DNA of 59,325 nucleotides, filler included. It is 7 parts of 7 records of this genome, joined end to end, with 100 filler letters (N's around TTAATTAATTAA, not from the genome) between each part and the next. Parts side by side here need not be neighbours in the genome. Positions count along the whole stretch, not along the records: positions 1 to 14,742 come from SRR31156797_50123; 6 more parts are not named here. One strand, 5' to 3'. A model generated the notes under the pieces. The model made no database searches and was not told the DNA's origin. It saw only the letters and a list, made by a program, of their open reading frames with translations. Shown here piece after piece: positions 1 through 9,135 of this stretch. Each line of letters starts with the position of its first letter. The stretch's first letter is position 1. Position numbers and translations under genes: made by a program.

Positions 1-1
1 G

Positions 2-1645
2 CGGTGCGGGTATGACGGCATCTTTGTGCGGGGGATCAGCAAAACGCCGGTGATCCTTTATATTGACGACCAGGTGACAGAATTGCGGGATGCCTCGGAG
101 GTGTGGGGCAAGGACACGGTGGAGACCGAAGCCCATTTTCGATCCAATTGGCAGGGCCGCCATCTGGGCATCGCCTGCATCGGCCCCGCCGGGGAGAAGG
201 TGTCGCTTATTTCCGGGGTATCTACGGATAACGGCCGCATGGCCGCCCGTTCAGGCCTGGGCGCGGTGATGGGTTCCAAGCGGTTGAAAGCGGTGGTTCT
301 GGCCGGCAATAAACGGATTGTGCCCCACAACCGCAAGGAGATGAAGCGCATCAGCGCCATCTGCAACAAATGGGTGCAGTTCCAGCCCCCCTTTATGACA
401 GCGGCCATGATGGCCGGAACCGGGGTGTTGATGCGCCTGCTGCCAAGCGTCATGGCCCAGGACGGGCTGCTCTACAAGATGATGCTGAAAAAGTGGGGCA
501 CGGTCTCCATGAACCAGATGTCCGTCGAGATGGGAGACTCCCCCATCAAAAACTGGAAAGGAACCAACAGGGATTGGGGGATTTTTAAAACCCACAGCTC
601 CAACCCGGATGTGTTCACCTCCTGCGAGCAGGTAAAGTACCACTGCTATTCATGCCCCCTGGGATGCGGGGGGATCTGCTCCACCAAGGGCAAGTTCCGG
701 GAGACCCATAAGCCCGAATACGAGACGGTGCTCTCCCTGGGAGGGCTGCTGTTAAACAAGGACATGGACGCCGTTTTTTACCTCAACGAGCTCTTGAACC
801 GGGCAGGCATGGACACCATCAGCGCGGGTCATGCCGTGGCCTTTGCCATTGAATGCTATGAGGATGGCATCCTTACCCGGGAGGATACGGACGGCCTCGA
901 GCTGACCTGGGGCAACACCAAAGCCATTGTCACCCTGATAGAGAAGATGGTGGCCCGGGAGGGCTTCGGCCACCTTCTGGCCGACGGCGTCAAGCAGGCG
1001 GCCCACCGGATCGGCAACGGAGCCGGGGCCTTTGCCATCCATGCAGGGGGCCAGGAGCCGGCCATGCACGACTCACGGAACGACCCCGGGTTTGCCCTTC
1101 ACTACTGCGTGGAGCCCTCCCCCGGTAAGCATACCGTGGGGTCCGGCCTCTATTATGAAATGTTCAAACTCTGGCAGGTGGTGGACGGCCTCCCCAAGGT
1201 CCCCCCGTTCTATATGAAAAGCAGCAAGTACAAGGCCGACGAGGAAAAGGCCCGGGTGGGGGCCGCCAATAGCCAGTTCATGAACGTGGTCAACGGAACC
1301 GGGCTCTGCCTTTTCGGCTCCTTTCTGGGGGCCCGGCGAATCCGGGTGTTCGACTGGATCAACGCGGCCACGGGCTGGTCCCTTACCCCAAATGAATACA
1401 TGGCCATCGGGGCCAAGGTACAAAACCTGCGCCAGGCCTTCAATGTGCGCCACGGGATTGAACCCAAGGATTTCAAGCTCTCGGACCGTGCCCTGGGACG
1501 GCCGGCCCAGACCAAGGGGGCCAATAAGGGCCGAAGCGTGGAGATTGAGGTGATGATGCAGGATTACTGGACGCAGTTCGGGTGGGACCCCCTCACGGGA
1601 AAACCCTCCAAGGAAACCATCAAAGAGCTCGAAGCCGGGTTGTAA
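2..1645 (+). CDS. Tungsten aldehyde:ferredoxin oxidoreductase (AOR) family protein, 5'-truncated
   Basis: Frame is open from position 2 (RCGYDGIFV, matching the AOR GYDGI motif). Also carries AARSGLGAVMGSKRLKAV, CxxCPxxC, PEYET and GMDTIS. Confidence 0.93.
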   Translation, partial: RCGYDGIFVRGISKTPVILYIDDQVTELRDASEVWGKDTVETEAHFRSNWQGRHLGIACIGPAGEKVSLISGVSTDNGRMAARSGLGAVMGSKRLKAVVLAGNKRIVPHNRKEMKRISAICNKWVQFQPPFMTAAMMAGTGVLMRLLPSVMAQDGLLYKMMLKKWGTVSMNQMSVEMGDSPIKNWKGTNRDWGIFKTHSSNPDVFTSCEQVKYHCYSCPLGCGGICSTKGKFRETHKPEYETVLSLGGLLLNKDMDAVFYLNELLNRAGMDTISAGHAVAFAIECYEDGILTREDTDGLELTWGNTKAIVTLIEKMVAREGFGHLLADGVKQAAHRIGNGAGAFAIHAGGQEPAMHDSRNDPGFALHYCVEPSPGKHTVGSGLYYEMFKLWQVVDGLPKVPPFYMKSSKYKADEEKARVGAANSQFMNVVNGTGLCLFGSFLGARRIRVFDWINAATGWSLTPNEYMAIGAKVQNLRQAFNVRHGIEPKDFKLSDRALGRPAQTKGANKGRSVEIEVMMQDYWTQFGWDPLTGKPSKETIKELEAGL

Positions 1646-1657
1646 GGGGGAAACATC

Positions 1658-2083
1658 ATGTCGTATTTCATTACCCAAACATGCACAGGGTGCGGTGCCT
1701 GCCGCCGGATTTGCCCCACGGGCGCCATTGCCGGGGAGAAAAAGCAGCTCCATGCCGTAACGCCGGAGCTCTGTATCGAGTGCGGCAGTTGCGGCCGGGT
1801 CTGCCCGGCCGGGGCGGTTCAGGATGCATTCGGCATTGTGCCCGAACGCGTCAAAAAGAAAGCATGGCTCGCCCCGGTGTTTGATAAAAAAACCTGCATG
1901 GCCTGTGTCATCTGCCTGGATGCATGCCCCACCGGGTGCCTTGCCCTGGGACAACCGGAAGGAAAGGACCCCAATGGGTATCCCCTCCTGGCGGAGATGA
2001 AAAGCTGCCTGGGATGCGGGCTCTGTGTGGCGGAATGCCCTGCCGATGCCATCCTCCTTGAGCCACGGCCCGTGGCGTCCTAG
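1658..2083 (+). CDS. Polyferredoxin, 4x[4Fe-4S]
   Basis: Four CxxCxxCxxxCP motifs; purine-rich SD (AAGGGGG) 12 nt after the AOR stop. Confidence 0.93.
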   Translation: MSYFITQTCTGCGACRRICPTGAIAGEKKQLHAVTPELCIECGSCGRVCPAGAVQDAFGIVPERVKKKAWLAPVFDKKTCMACVICLDACPTGCLALGQPEGKDPNGYPLLAEMKSCLGCGLCVAECPADAILLEPRPVAS

Positions 2084-2314
2084 ACGCCCTGCCCCAGTAA
2101 GGCGTGTGCGGAGGGATTTTTGCCACCACCGCGCCTTTATCCTTCCCTTCCCGGCTCAGCAAAAGATTGTGGACACAATGTTTCGAATTCTATATGCTCG
2201 TTGCCGGCAGGCGGAGGAATCTTGAATTGAAATCCAATATTGACAACCTGCAATTCCGTAGCGGGCAAAGTTGCCTTTCAACGGTGGTTGCAAAGCATTC
2301 AAAGGCAGGTTAAT

Positions 2315-2893
2315 GTGAAACGGGGTCTTAAAAAAGGCGAATGCAAAGAACTGATAATCGCCTCGGCACAGCAGTGTTTCAGTGAAAAATCGGTGGATAA
2401 AACCACCCTTACCGATGTGGCCAAACGGGCCGGCATCAGCAAAGGGACCCTCTATTACTACTATCCCACCAAGCATGACCTCGTATTTGACATTGCCGGT
2501 ATTCACATGCTGGATATCACCGAAAATGTGTTCGCCATGCTGGATAATGACGGCGCTCTCCCTTCCTGGAAGGAGATCCTCGCGGCTCTTTTTGAACGGC
2601 TCCTGGGATCAAAAACCCGGAGCAGACTCCACCTTTACCTCATCCATGAATCCCTTTCAGGTGGTCAGGCATTAAAAGACAAGCTGGAAGCCACCTATGA
2701 AAACTGGTTCAACCTCATTGAAGAGATGTATTGCAGAATGGGAAGGAAAGACCCGTTACCCAAGGGGATCGCCCGCATTTGGGTGGCCATGCTGGACGGA
2801 TTGGTCATTCAGTCCGTGGCCTGCGAAAACCGCCTGGACTACAAAGCCCTTGCGGAGGTGGCCGCAGTGCTCGTGGTGAAGGGCGTCGATTAG
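2315..2893 (+). CDS. TetR/AcrR family transcriptional regulator
   Basis: TTLTDVAKRAGISKGTLYYYYPTKHDL HTH. GTG at 2315 is a more plausible start than the TTG at 2240. Confidence 0.9.
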   Translation: MKRGLKKGECKELIIASAQQCFSEKSVDKTTLTDVAKRAGISKGTLYYYYPTKHDLVFDIAGIHMLDITENVFAMLDNDGALPSWKEILAALFERLLGSKTRSRLHLYLIHESLSGGQALKDKLEATYENWFNLIEEMYCRMGRKDPLPKGIARIWVAMLDGLVIQSVACENRLDYKALAEVAAVLVVKGVD

Positions 2894-2991
2894 TACTTTT
2901 CCCGCCCCTAAGCATCTTCCCATGGTGCTGACAATACCCTCCGGAAGCGGACATTGATCATTGTTTTTCATACAGTAAGTTCTTATCCTTC

Positions 2992-3020
2992 TTGACAGGA
3001 GCGTATTTGTTGGGGATACT
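2992..3020 (+). promoter_or_regulatory. Sigma70-type promoter
   Basis: TTGACA-17 nt-GATACT, 46 nt upstream of the 3067 start. Confidence 0.6.
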
Positions 3021-3066
3021 TTGCCCCATTTAAAAAACGGGTGTTAACGAAATCAACGGGGGGACT

Positions 3067-4725
3067 ATGCGCGGGTTTGGGAGAAAACTAGTGCCGGTGG
3101 TCATCGGTATGCTTTTGTTGTCGCCGCTGCCGTCATCTGCTGAGACGGTGAGAAGCGGATTGAAAAAGACCCTTGAGGGAGCGGGCGTTGACCATGCGGA
3201 CGCCGTGATTCAAGGGCTCGAGGGACCGCTGGGAAGCGGTTTGGACGGCCCCCTTCACGATTCGGTGGATTTTACCGCCTTTCCCACTGCCCGGCTGGGC
3301 CTGAAAAAACTATCGGCACCGGCCGTCCTGGTTCTGCCGCCTTCCACGGTGAATTACGTGTTCCAGGGGAAGCCGGACTCGTTCCAGGGTTCCTTCCGCA
3401 CCTATGAATTTCACCTGGGCCAGGGGATACAAAAAGCCTCCCACATGGTTTTTCCCCAGGTCTTTCAGCGAATCCGGGCCGCCAACGCCATGGCCCAGGC
3501 AGCCGGCGGGGAAATCGCCGTGGTGCCGGAGCTTTCCGAATTCAAATTCCGGTGGGGCGGGTCCTTTATCCCCGCCATGTACGTGACCCTGAAGATGAAG
3601 GTGACGCTCTTTGCGGACGGCAATCAGATCTTCCAGAAAACATATGTGGAAAAAGATGTGAAGGAAGGGGCCGGCAGCCTCTTTCCCAATGAGGACCAGG
3701 AGCACAAGGCCATATCCCGGGCGCTCATCGGCGCCCTGAAGCAGAGTGCCGCGGATATCGCGGCCTCCCCTGTCCTTTTGGCGTATGGGAAACGCAAACC
3801 GCCGGAACCACCCGCGCCGGGACATGAAAAGATCGATATGGACGCCATTCTTTTCCTGGCCGGCACATGGGAGCAATATGATAAGAACAAGGGACGGCTG
3901 ACCCTGCTTGAAAAACAGGTGGCGACCCGTTTTCTCCGGTTGCAGGATGCCTGGGAGAATAAGGATACGGAACGGCAGCAGGAGCAGGTGGCCGCTTTGA
4001 TCCGCCATGCGAAGAAGCTGGAGCCGGTGTCCAGGGGGGAGCTTTTGGAGGAGCTGCGGTACCAGAAAGGCTACACGGACCGGCAGATTGCCGAGGAAAA
4101 CGCCGCGGAAAACCGGATCTTCAATTTTGCAGGGAATCACACCGATACCGTGCTGGACTATGCCGGACTGGGCATCGACCTGGCCAAGGTCAGCGTTTTG
4201 GCCGCAGGGTGCATCGCCTCCTCGGGCGCCACCTGCCTTGCCCTCTCCACCACCATGGCCCAATGGGACATGGCGGGCACCATCAGTGAAGGGATCGGGG
4301 CGGCCTCCGAGGAGTATTTTCATAAAAGCGGGGATGTGGGTACCGCTTTGTTCGCGGGGGTAAAGAGCTCCCTCATCGATTATGGCGCCGGGAAGATCGG
4401 CGGGGATCTCGCCGAAGCCACGGCGGGCAAGTTTGGTACCAAGGTGGCCAAAAACATGGCGGAATCCGCGGCCTCGGCAAGCGATACCCTGGCCAAAAAG
4501 GCGGGCAGGGTCCGGGACGATGTCTTTGTCAATGCCATGGAGATTTTTCAGCGTGGGCCGGAAAACGCGGCGGCGGCGGTTTTCAAGGACAGCGCCAAGC
4601 GGCTGGAGGCGAAGACCGAGGATATAATCTTGAAGGAAATGGTCGAAATGAAGGCTCTGAAAAACACGGCCCCGACGTTTGAAGCGATGCCGGGCGATGC
4701 CTTTGATTCGCTCAGTGAACTGTAA
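3067..4725 (+). CDS. Hypothetical exported protein (552 aa)
   Basis: Long ORF with signal peptide (...LLLSPLPSSA); Ala/Gly-rich hydrophobic C-terminal half; no family recognised. Confidence 0.7.
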   Translation: MRGFGRKLVPVVIGMLLLSPLPSSAETVRSGLKKTLEGAGVDHADAVIQGLEGPLGSGLDGPLHDSVDFTAFPTARLGLKKLSAPAVLVLPPSTVNYVFQGKPDSFQGSFRTYEFHLGQGIQKASHMVFPQVFQRIRAANAMAQAAGGEIAVVPELSEFKFRWGGSFIPAMYVTLKMKVTLFADGNQIFQKTYVEKDVKEGAGSLFPNEDQEHKAISRALIGALKQSAADIAASPVLLAYGKRKPPEPPAPGHEKIDMDAILFLAGTWEQYDKNKGRLTLLEKQVATRFLRLQDAWENKDTERQQEQVAALIRHAKKLEPVSRGELLEELRYQKGYTDRQIAEENAAENRIFNFAGNHTDTVLDYAGLGIDLAKVSVLAAGCIASSGATCLALSTTMAQWDMAGTISEGIGAASEEYFHKSGDVGTALFAGVKSSLIDYGAGKIGGDLAEATAGKFGTKVAKNMAESAASASDTLAKKAGRVRDDVFVNAMEIFQRGPENAAAAVFKDSAKRLEAKTEDIILKEMVEMKALKNTAPTFEAMPGDAFDSLSEL

Positions 4726-4739
4726 AGGGGGAGATAAAG

Positions 4740-5690
4740 ATGCACCGGAACACCATAAAAACGTTCATGACCATCACACTGTTGATCTTGATTATGCTGA
4801 CCGCCGGCTGCGTATCCACGCCGGTGGAGCCGAAAAAACCGGCCATTCCGGTCCCCGCCCCGGAAGCAACCGCCCCCGATGTACTCCCCCCCATTGAAAC
4901 GGCGATCCCGGCGGATCTTGAACCCTATACCACCGGTATGGACGGGTTACGCCTGGACCTGTCCGCCGTTATCCAGGCGATTTCCTACCGGCTCACGGGA
5001 AGCGGCTCCCAGGCCATGGGACCGGTTTATTTTGCAGATGAGGTTGGGCCCCTCACCGACGGTACCGGTATCTCCTTTGACGATTTTGCCCTGCGCGGCG
5101 TCAGCGTCCGTGTGGACCAGGCGGCATCGGAGGATCCTTTTCACCGACGGTTGGAGGCGGTTCTCAAGCTGGAGGATGCCCTGGGTCGCCAGGCCTATGC
5201 AGCCGCCGCCGCGGACTACCTGATCGGTGACGAACGCATCCTGGTACGCCAGGCTGTGGTAATCCCCCACGATCCCGGGTTCTCGGACATTCGCTTCCTG
5301 GTGGTCCCCGCCAACAGGTTGCCATCCCTAAGGTCCCTGAAACGGCTGCCTTTGGATGAACTCTATCGGATCGTAAGTGAAAATGCCATGGACAGGGAGG
5401 AACTCGCCCGGCTCAAGGGAAATGAAAGCAGGCGATACAAACTGGTGGCGTTCAACATGGTCCGGGGCAAAGCCGACGACCGGCTGAAGATCTACATCTC
5501 CGGAAAAGAAACCGCAAGTCGCGCCACGGGTCGGGACCGAATTTCCCTCAACGAAAACGGATGGTCCGCTGCCGTGGTGGACGGCAACTTCCAGTTCAAC
5601 TCCATGCCCGCCTACACCCTCCACGTGGGAGTGGATCGGGAAGGTGCGGTGACATCCCTGGGCCGTTTCCAATCCGTCATCCGGCGTTAA
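4740..5690 (+). CDS. Hypothetical lipoprotein
   Basis: SD GGGGAG, lipobox LTAGC, Pro-rich linker. Confidence 0.75.
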   Translation: MHRNTIKTFMTITLLILIMLTAGCVSTPVEPKKPAIPVPAPEATAPDVLPPIETAIPADLEPYTTGMDGLRLDLSAVIQAISYRLTGSGSQAMGPVYFADEVGPLTDGTGISFDDFALRGVSVRVDQAASEDPFHRRLEAVLKLEDALGRQAYAAAAADYLIGDERILVRQAVVIPHDPGFSDIRFLVVPANRLPSLRSLKRLPLDELYRIVSENAMDREELARLKGNESRRYKLVAFNMVRGKADDRLKIYISGKETASRATGRDRISLNENGWSAAVVDGNFQFNSMPAYTLHVGVDREGAVTSLGRFQSVIRR

Positions 5691-5765
5691 AGGAACGGGA
5701 GAGGTTCCATAGAACCGATGCCGCGAAGTCCCAAGAACACTGCCCCGTTCCATTGGGTGAAGTTA

Positions 5766-6338
5766 TTACGTATTATTGAACCGCTTTCTTCCAAATTTTG
5801 CAAAACAGACCATGCCGAGGCCTAATAGAATCAGTGTGGCTGGTTCGGGGATGGGTTGACTTTCGGCAATATAGCCGGAAATATTGCCAAGGGCTCCTTC
5901 GTCGTTCCATCTCCCGTTGGAGCCCCACATGGCAAGATGTTGCTCGGAACCATCTCCGTACGCATCATTGGGTTCTCCGCCGTTCCAATTTGCATACATA
6001 CCCGTACCGCCATTATTCCAAAACTGGCCTTCACCATTTACCCACCACCAGCCAGCTCCTTCCATGGGTTCGGTAATTGGCGCCTGGGATCCACCAAGCC
6101 AGTACTCTCCACCACCAACGAGAGAAGCGACGAAAGCTTGCTCTGCCGCAGAGGTGATCGTTGCCAGATGGTAATGGCTACCTAAGGTTGCCGTCATATC
6201 TGCCGTGGCATTATCCCAGCTCTGGCCGCTAAAGGATATGACCCGATAGTCGTGGCCATTGAACACAACAGCACTTGCAGTCCCCACCGTGCCGACGATC
6301 AATAGTACCAAACTAAACACAATTAAAAATTTTTTCAT
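5766..6338 (-). CDS. PEP-CTERM protein with C-type lectin domain
   Basis: SD AAGGAGG before MKKFL signal peptide; HLATITS/YWLGG/GEPND/WND C-type lectin motifs; C-terminal IPEPATLILLGLG-TM-RKR. Confidence 0.9.
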   Translation of the reverse strand: MKKFLIVFSLVLLIVGTVGTASAVVFNGHDYRVISFSGQSWDNATADMTATLGSHYHLATITSAAEQAFVASLVGGGEYWLGGSQAPITEPMEGAGWWWVNGEGQFWNNGGTGMYANWNGGEPNDAYGDGSEQHLAMWGSNGRWNDEGALGNISGYIAESQPIPEPATLILLGLGMVCFAKFGRKRFNNT

Positions 6339-6522
6339 TTTAGATACCTCCTTAATAAAACAAAACTGCAATACCCGGATGCGGTCCTGAATGTTATGTA
6401 CCACCTCCTTTCTTTGTTAACCGCACATTTAGCAGGGCTCATCATCTCAAATGGTTAATGAGGAGCGAACCTGCCCTGATTGTCTCTTTTTCTAAAAAAA
6501 CGTGAAGATAAGAACTTCATAA

Positions 6523-6538
6523 AGCATGAGGCGTGCCA
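6523..6538 (-). promoter_or_regulatory. Sigma54 (-24/-12) promoter of the PEP-CTERM gene
   Basis: Minus strand reads TGGCAC-GCCTC-ATGCT (GG-N10-GC). PEP-CTERM genes are known sigma54/PrsR targets. Confidence 0.7.
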
Positions 6539-6807
6539 CGGCATTCTCCACACAAAGAAACACCATTAGTTACAGGGGGGTTACCAAATCCAGCAACAAT
6601 AACATGCAGAATATGGATTACCTCATCAGTAGAAAGCTATCTAAAAATGAGAAAATAATTTCATAGAAATAGATTCAAAGGAGATAGAGCCGGAAGAGAT
6701 TCAACCGAAGACAGATGATCCCGTATGGCGCCTACCCCCTTTCTTCAGGGATGGAACCGAACATGGCCTGATCTGAACCGATAGCTGTCAGGCCTGGTGA
6801 ACAAACG

Positions 6808-8640
6808 TCAAATGATCCCGTAAAGCTCCTGGCCTTTTTGGCCCAATCGGTCCACCCGCTTCTCAACGTCGGGGTCATTGACAAGGGCAGGTGCGTGAAA
6901 GGGCTTTGTCCTTGCGTCGATGATCAACGGGCCCCGGCACCCCCAGTGCTTGTGGCGGGTAAAGCTTCCCGCGCCGTGGATGTCGTGGGAGGGGTTGGAC
7001 CTTGAAAAGGTGGTCCATAAAAAGGCGGCAAAATCCCTGGCTGCGAACTCCGGGTCATCCGCGATCACAAACAGGGGAAGCCCCGTCATGGCGTCGGTTG
7101 CGGCGAGCATTTCCGCAAGCTGTGAGATCTCCTCATGGGCCTGGTCGTACTCCGTGAAGGCGGGTCCCTTGACAACCGCCATGCCGGGAGCGGCAAGCCT
7201 TGGGTTGGAAAAGGGAGAGGGAAGGTCCGCCCCGGAGGATGGGTAGGCTGTCAAAAGGGTTCTCAGCTTTTCGCCCGCCGCGGCAATCACCACCTTGGAC
7301 CCCGTGTTCAGCCCCTCTGAGGAATAGTCCAGGGTGTCAATGGTGGTTGAGGTGTGGAAATGAAGATCCCGGGTGAAATCCACCCGTTCCAGGCAATGGA
7401 CGAAAAAGGCCATCTCGTCGGAGATGTCGAGGCCGGGATTGTCTTCGTGGGCCGCGATAAACAGATACTTGGCAAGGGACAGCTGACCGGAGCCAAGGAT
7501 GGCGCAGGCGTGGGTCAGAAGCTCCCGGGGCTGTTTGGGCTCATAGGGGGTATACCGCTCCCGGGCCTTGGCAAGGAGAAGGGGATGGACCCCGGCGGCA
7601 TCAACGGCGTGGACCGCCGTGACCCCGGGAATGGTGACGGGAACGGCGGGTTCGGTCATCTCGTGGATGAGCCGTCCGAACACCGAGTCCTCCTGGGGGG
7701 GCCGTCCCACCAAGGTAAAGGGCCATACGGCATCGTTGCGATGGTAAACCGTGTCCACCTCGAGATAGGGAAATTCGTGGCAGAGGGAATAGTAACCCAG
7801 GTGATCCCCAAAGGGCCCCTCGGGTTTGGTACCCATGGCAATGGTGCCCGTAATGCAAAAATCAGCGTCCAGGGAAATCACGTACCCGTCCTTGATGGTG
7901 TAGCGGAACCGCCTGCCCGCAAGGGCGCCGGCAAAAGCGGGCTCGGGAAGATGCTCGGGCAGGGGCATGACGGCGGCAAGGGTGTGGGCCGGCGGTCCCC
8001 CCACAAAAATGCTCACCTTGAGCTTTTTCCCCTGCTCAAGGGCCTTTGCGTGGTGGTTGGCAATACCCCGGTGAATCTGGTAATGCAGGCCGATCTCCCG
8101 GCCCGGGACATACGCGTTGCCGGAAAGCTGCACCCGGTACATGCCCACATTGGAATGGAAAATCCCCGGCCGGGCCGGATCCTGGGAACAGACCTGGGGA
8201 AGAAGAATAAATGCACCGCCATCCTTTGGCCAGCACCGGACCATGGGCAGATCTTCTATCCCTGCCCTGTTGTCCAGCACGGAGCCCGCCGGCCTCTTCC
8301 GGGGCAAGGCATGGACAAGTCCGGGCAGGGCCTTGAACGCCTTCAGGGGCGATTTGAGGGCCTCCCCCGGCTCGGATTGAACCTTTACCAGGGTCTTGAC
8401 CGTCTCAAGTTCCTTTCCCAGGATCTTTACGGCCCGCTCATAGGTGCCAAAAAGGTTTGACACGGCAGGGAACTTCGATCCCTTGACCCGCTCGAACAGG
8501 ATGGCAGGGCCGTTGGCCTCAAACACCCTGCGATGGATCTCGGCCATCTCCAGATCGGGATCCACCTCCTGTTTGATCCTGACGAGCTCACGCTCCCTGG
8601 AAAGAAAATCAATACACTGGCCAAGACTTGAAAAACTCAT
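6808..8640 (-). CDS. UbiD family (prFMN-dependent) decarboxylase
   Basis: GPAILFERVKG, NLFGT, NVGMYRVQ, EGPFGDHLGYY, GRPPQED, DTLDYS, IIDAR motifs. Confidence 0.92.
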   Translation of the reverse strand: MSFSSLGQCIDFLSRERELVRIKQEVDPDLEMAEIHRRVFEANGPAILFERVKGSKFPAVSNLFGTYERAVKILGKELETVKTLVKVQSEPGEALKSPLKAFKALPGLVHALPRKRPAGSVLDNRAGIEDLPMVRCWPKDGGAFILLPQVCSQDPARPGIFHSNVGMYRVQLSGNAYVPGREIGLHYQIHRGIANHHAKALEQGKKLKVSIFVGGPPAHTLAAVMPLPEHLPEPAFAGALAGRRFRYTIKDGYVISLDADFCITGTIAMGTKPEGPFGDHLGYYSLCHEFPYLEVDTVYHRNDAVWPFTLVGRPPQEDSVFGRLIHEMTEPAVPVTIPGVTAVHAVDAAGVHPLLLAKARERYTPYEPKQPRELLTHACAILGSGQLSLAKYLFIAAHEDNPGLDISDEMAFFVHCLERVDFTRDLHFHTSTTIDTLDYSSEGLNTGSKVVIAAAGEKLRTLLTAYPSSGADLPSPFSNPRLAAPGMAVVKGPAFTEYDQAHEEISQLAEMLAATDAMTGLPLFVIADDPEFAARDFAAFLWTTFSRSNPSHDIHGAGSFTRHKHWGCRGPLIIDARTKPFHAPALVNDPDVEKRVDRLGQKGQELYGII

Positions 8641-9047
8641 ATTTCCACCCTCTTCCTGGAACCAAACCCGAAACGGTTGTCCATATAGTATATTTCTTCA
8701 GGAACAAACCGGTAAAAGCTTGCCCTGTATTGCGTTGTGAGTGCAGCCAGGGCATTCCCGGCATTGATCCTGATTTTATATTTCTTCACATAGGCCCCTG
8801 CCGCGGCAAGGGCTTCGACATTCATGGAAACAGGCGCTATCCGTCCCTGCATCTGCAGGCCCCGGAGCTCCTTCACCTCGTCCGAATCATGGAACACCGA
8901 CGCCGCGCACCCGCCTTCCCGGGCCTGGGCATCCCGGATATGACGGGAGTCGGGGGATGAAAAAAAATAGAACCCGCTGTTTTTGCAGAGATAATAGACC
9001 GGCGCGGACCAGCACCCCTGGGAGCCTCCGGTTGCCAGGGTCATCAC
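8637..9047 (-). CDS. Pyridoxamine 5'-phosphate oxidase-like FMN-binding split-barrel protein
   Basis: MTLAT...SAPVYY...FFSSPDSRH...RGLQMQG...MDNRFGFG (YhbP-like). ATGA overlap with ubiD-family gene; true start uncertain. Confidence 0.8.
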   Translation of the reverse strand: MMTLATGGSQGCWSAPVYYLCKNSGFYFFSSPDSRHIRDAQAREGGCAASVFHDSDEVKELRGLQMQGRIAPVSMNVEALAAAGAYVKKYKIRINAGNALAALTTQYRASFYRFVPEEIYYMDNRFGFGSRKRVEI

Positions 9048-9135
9048 CCTGGCATCCGCGGCAAGCTTCCTTGCTTCAAGAGCAAGCTCTTTTATTTCGG
9101 GAGCATGCTCCTTGTCCAGCCGGTCAGGATTCCGA

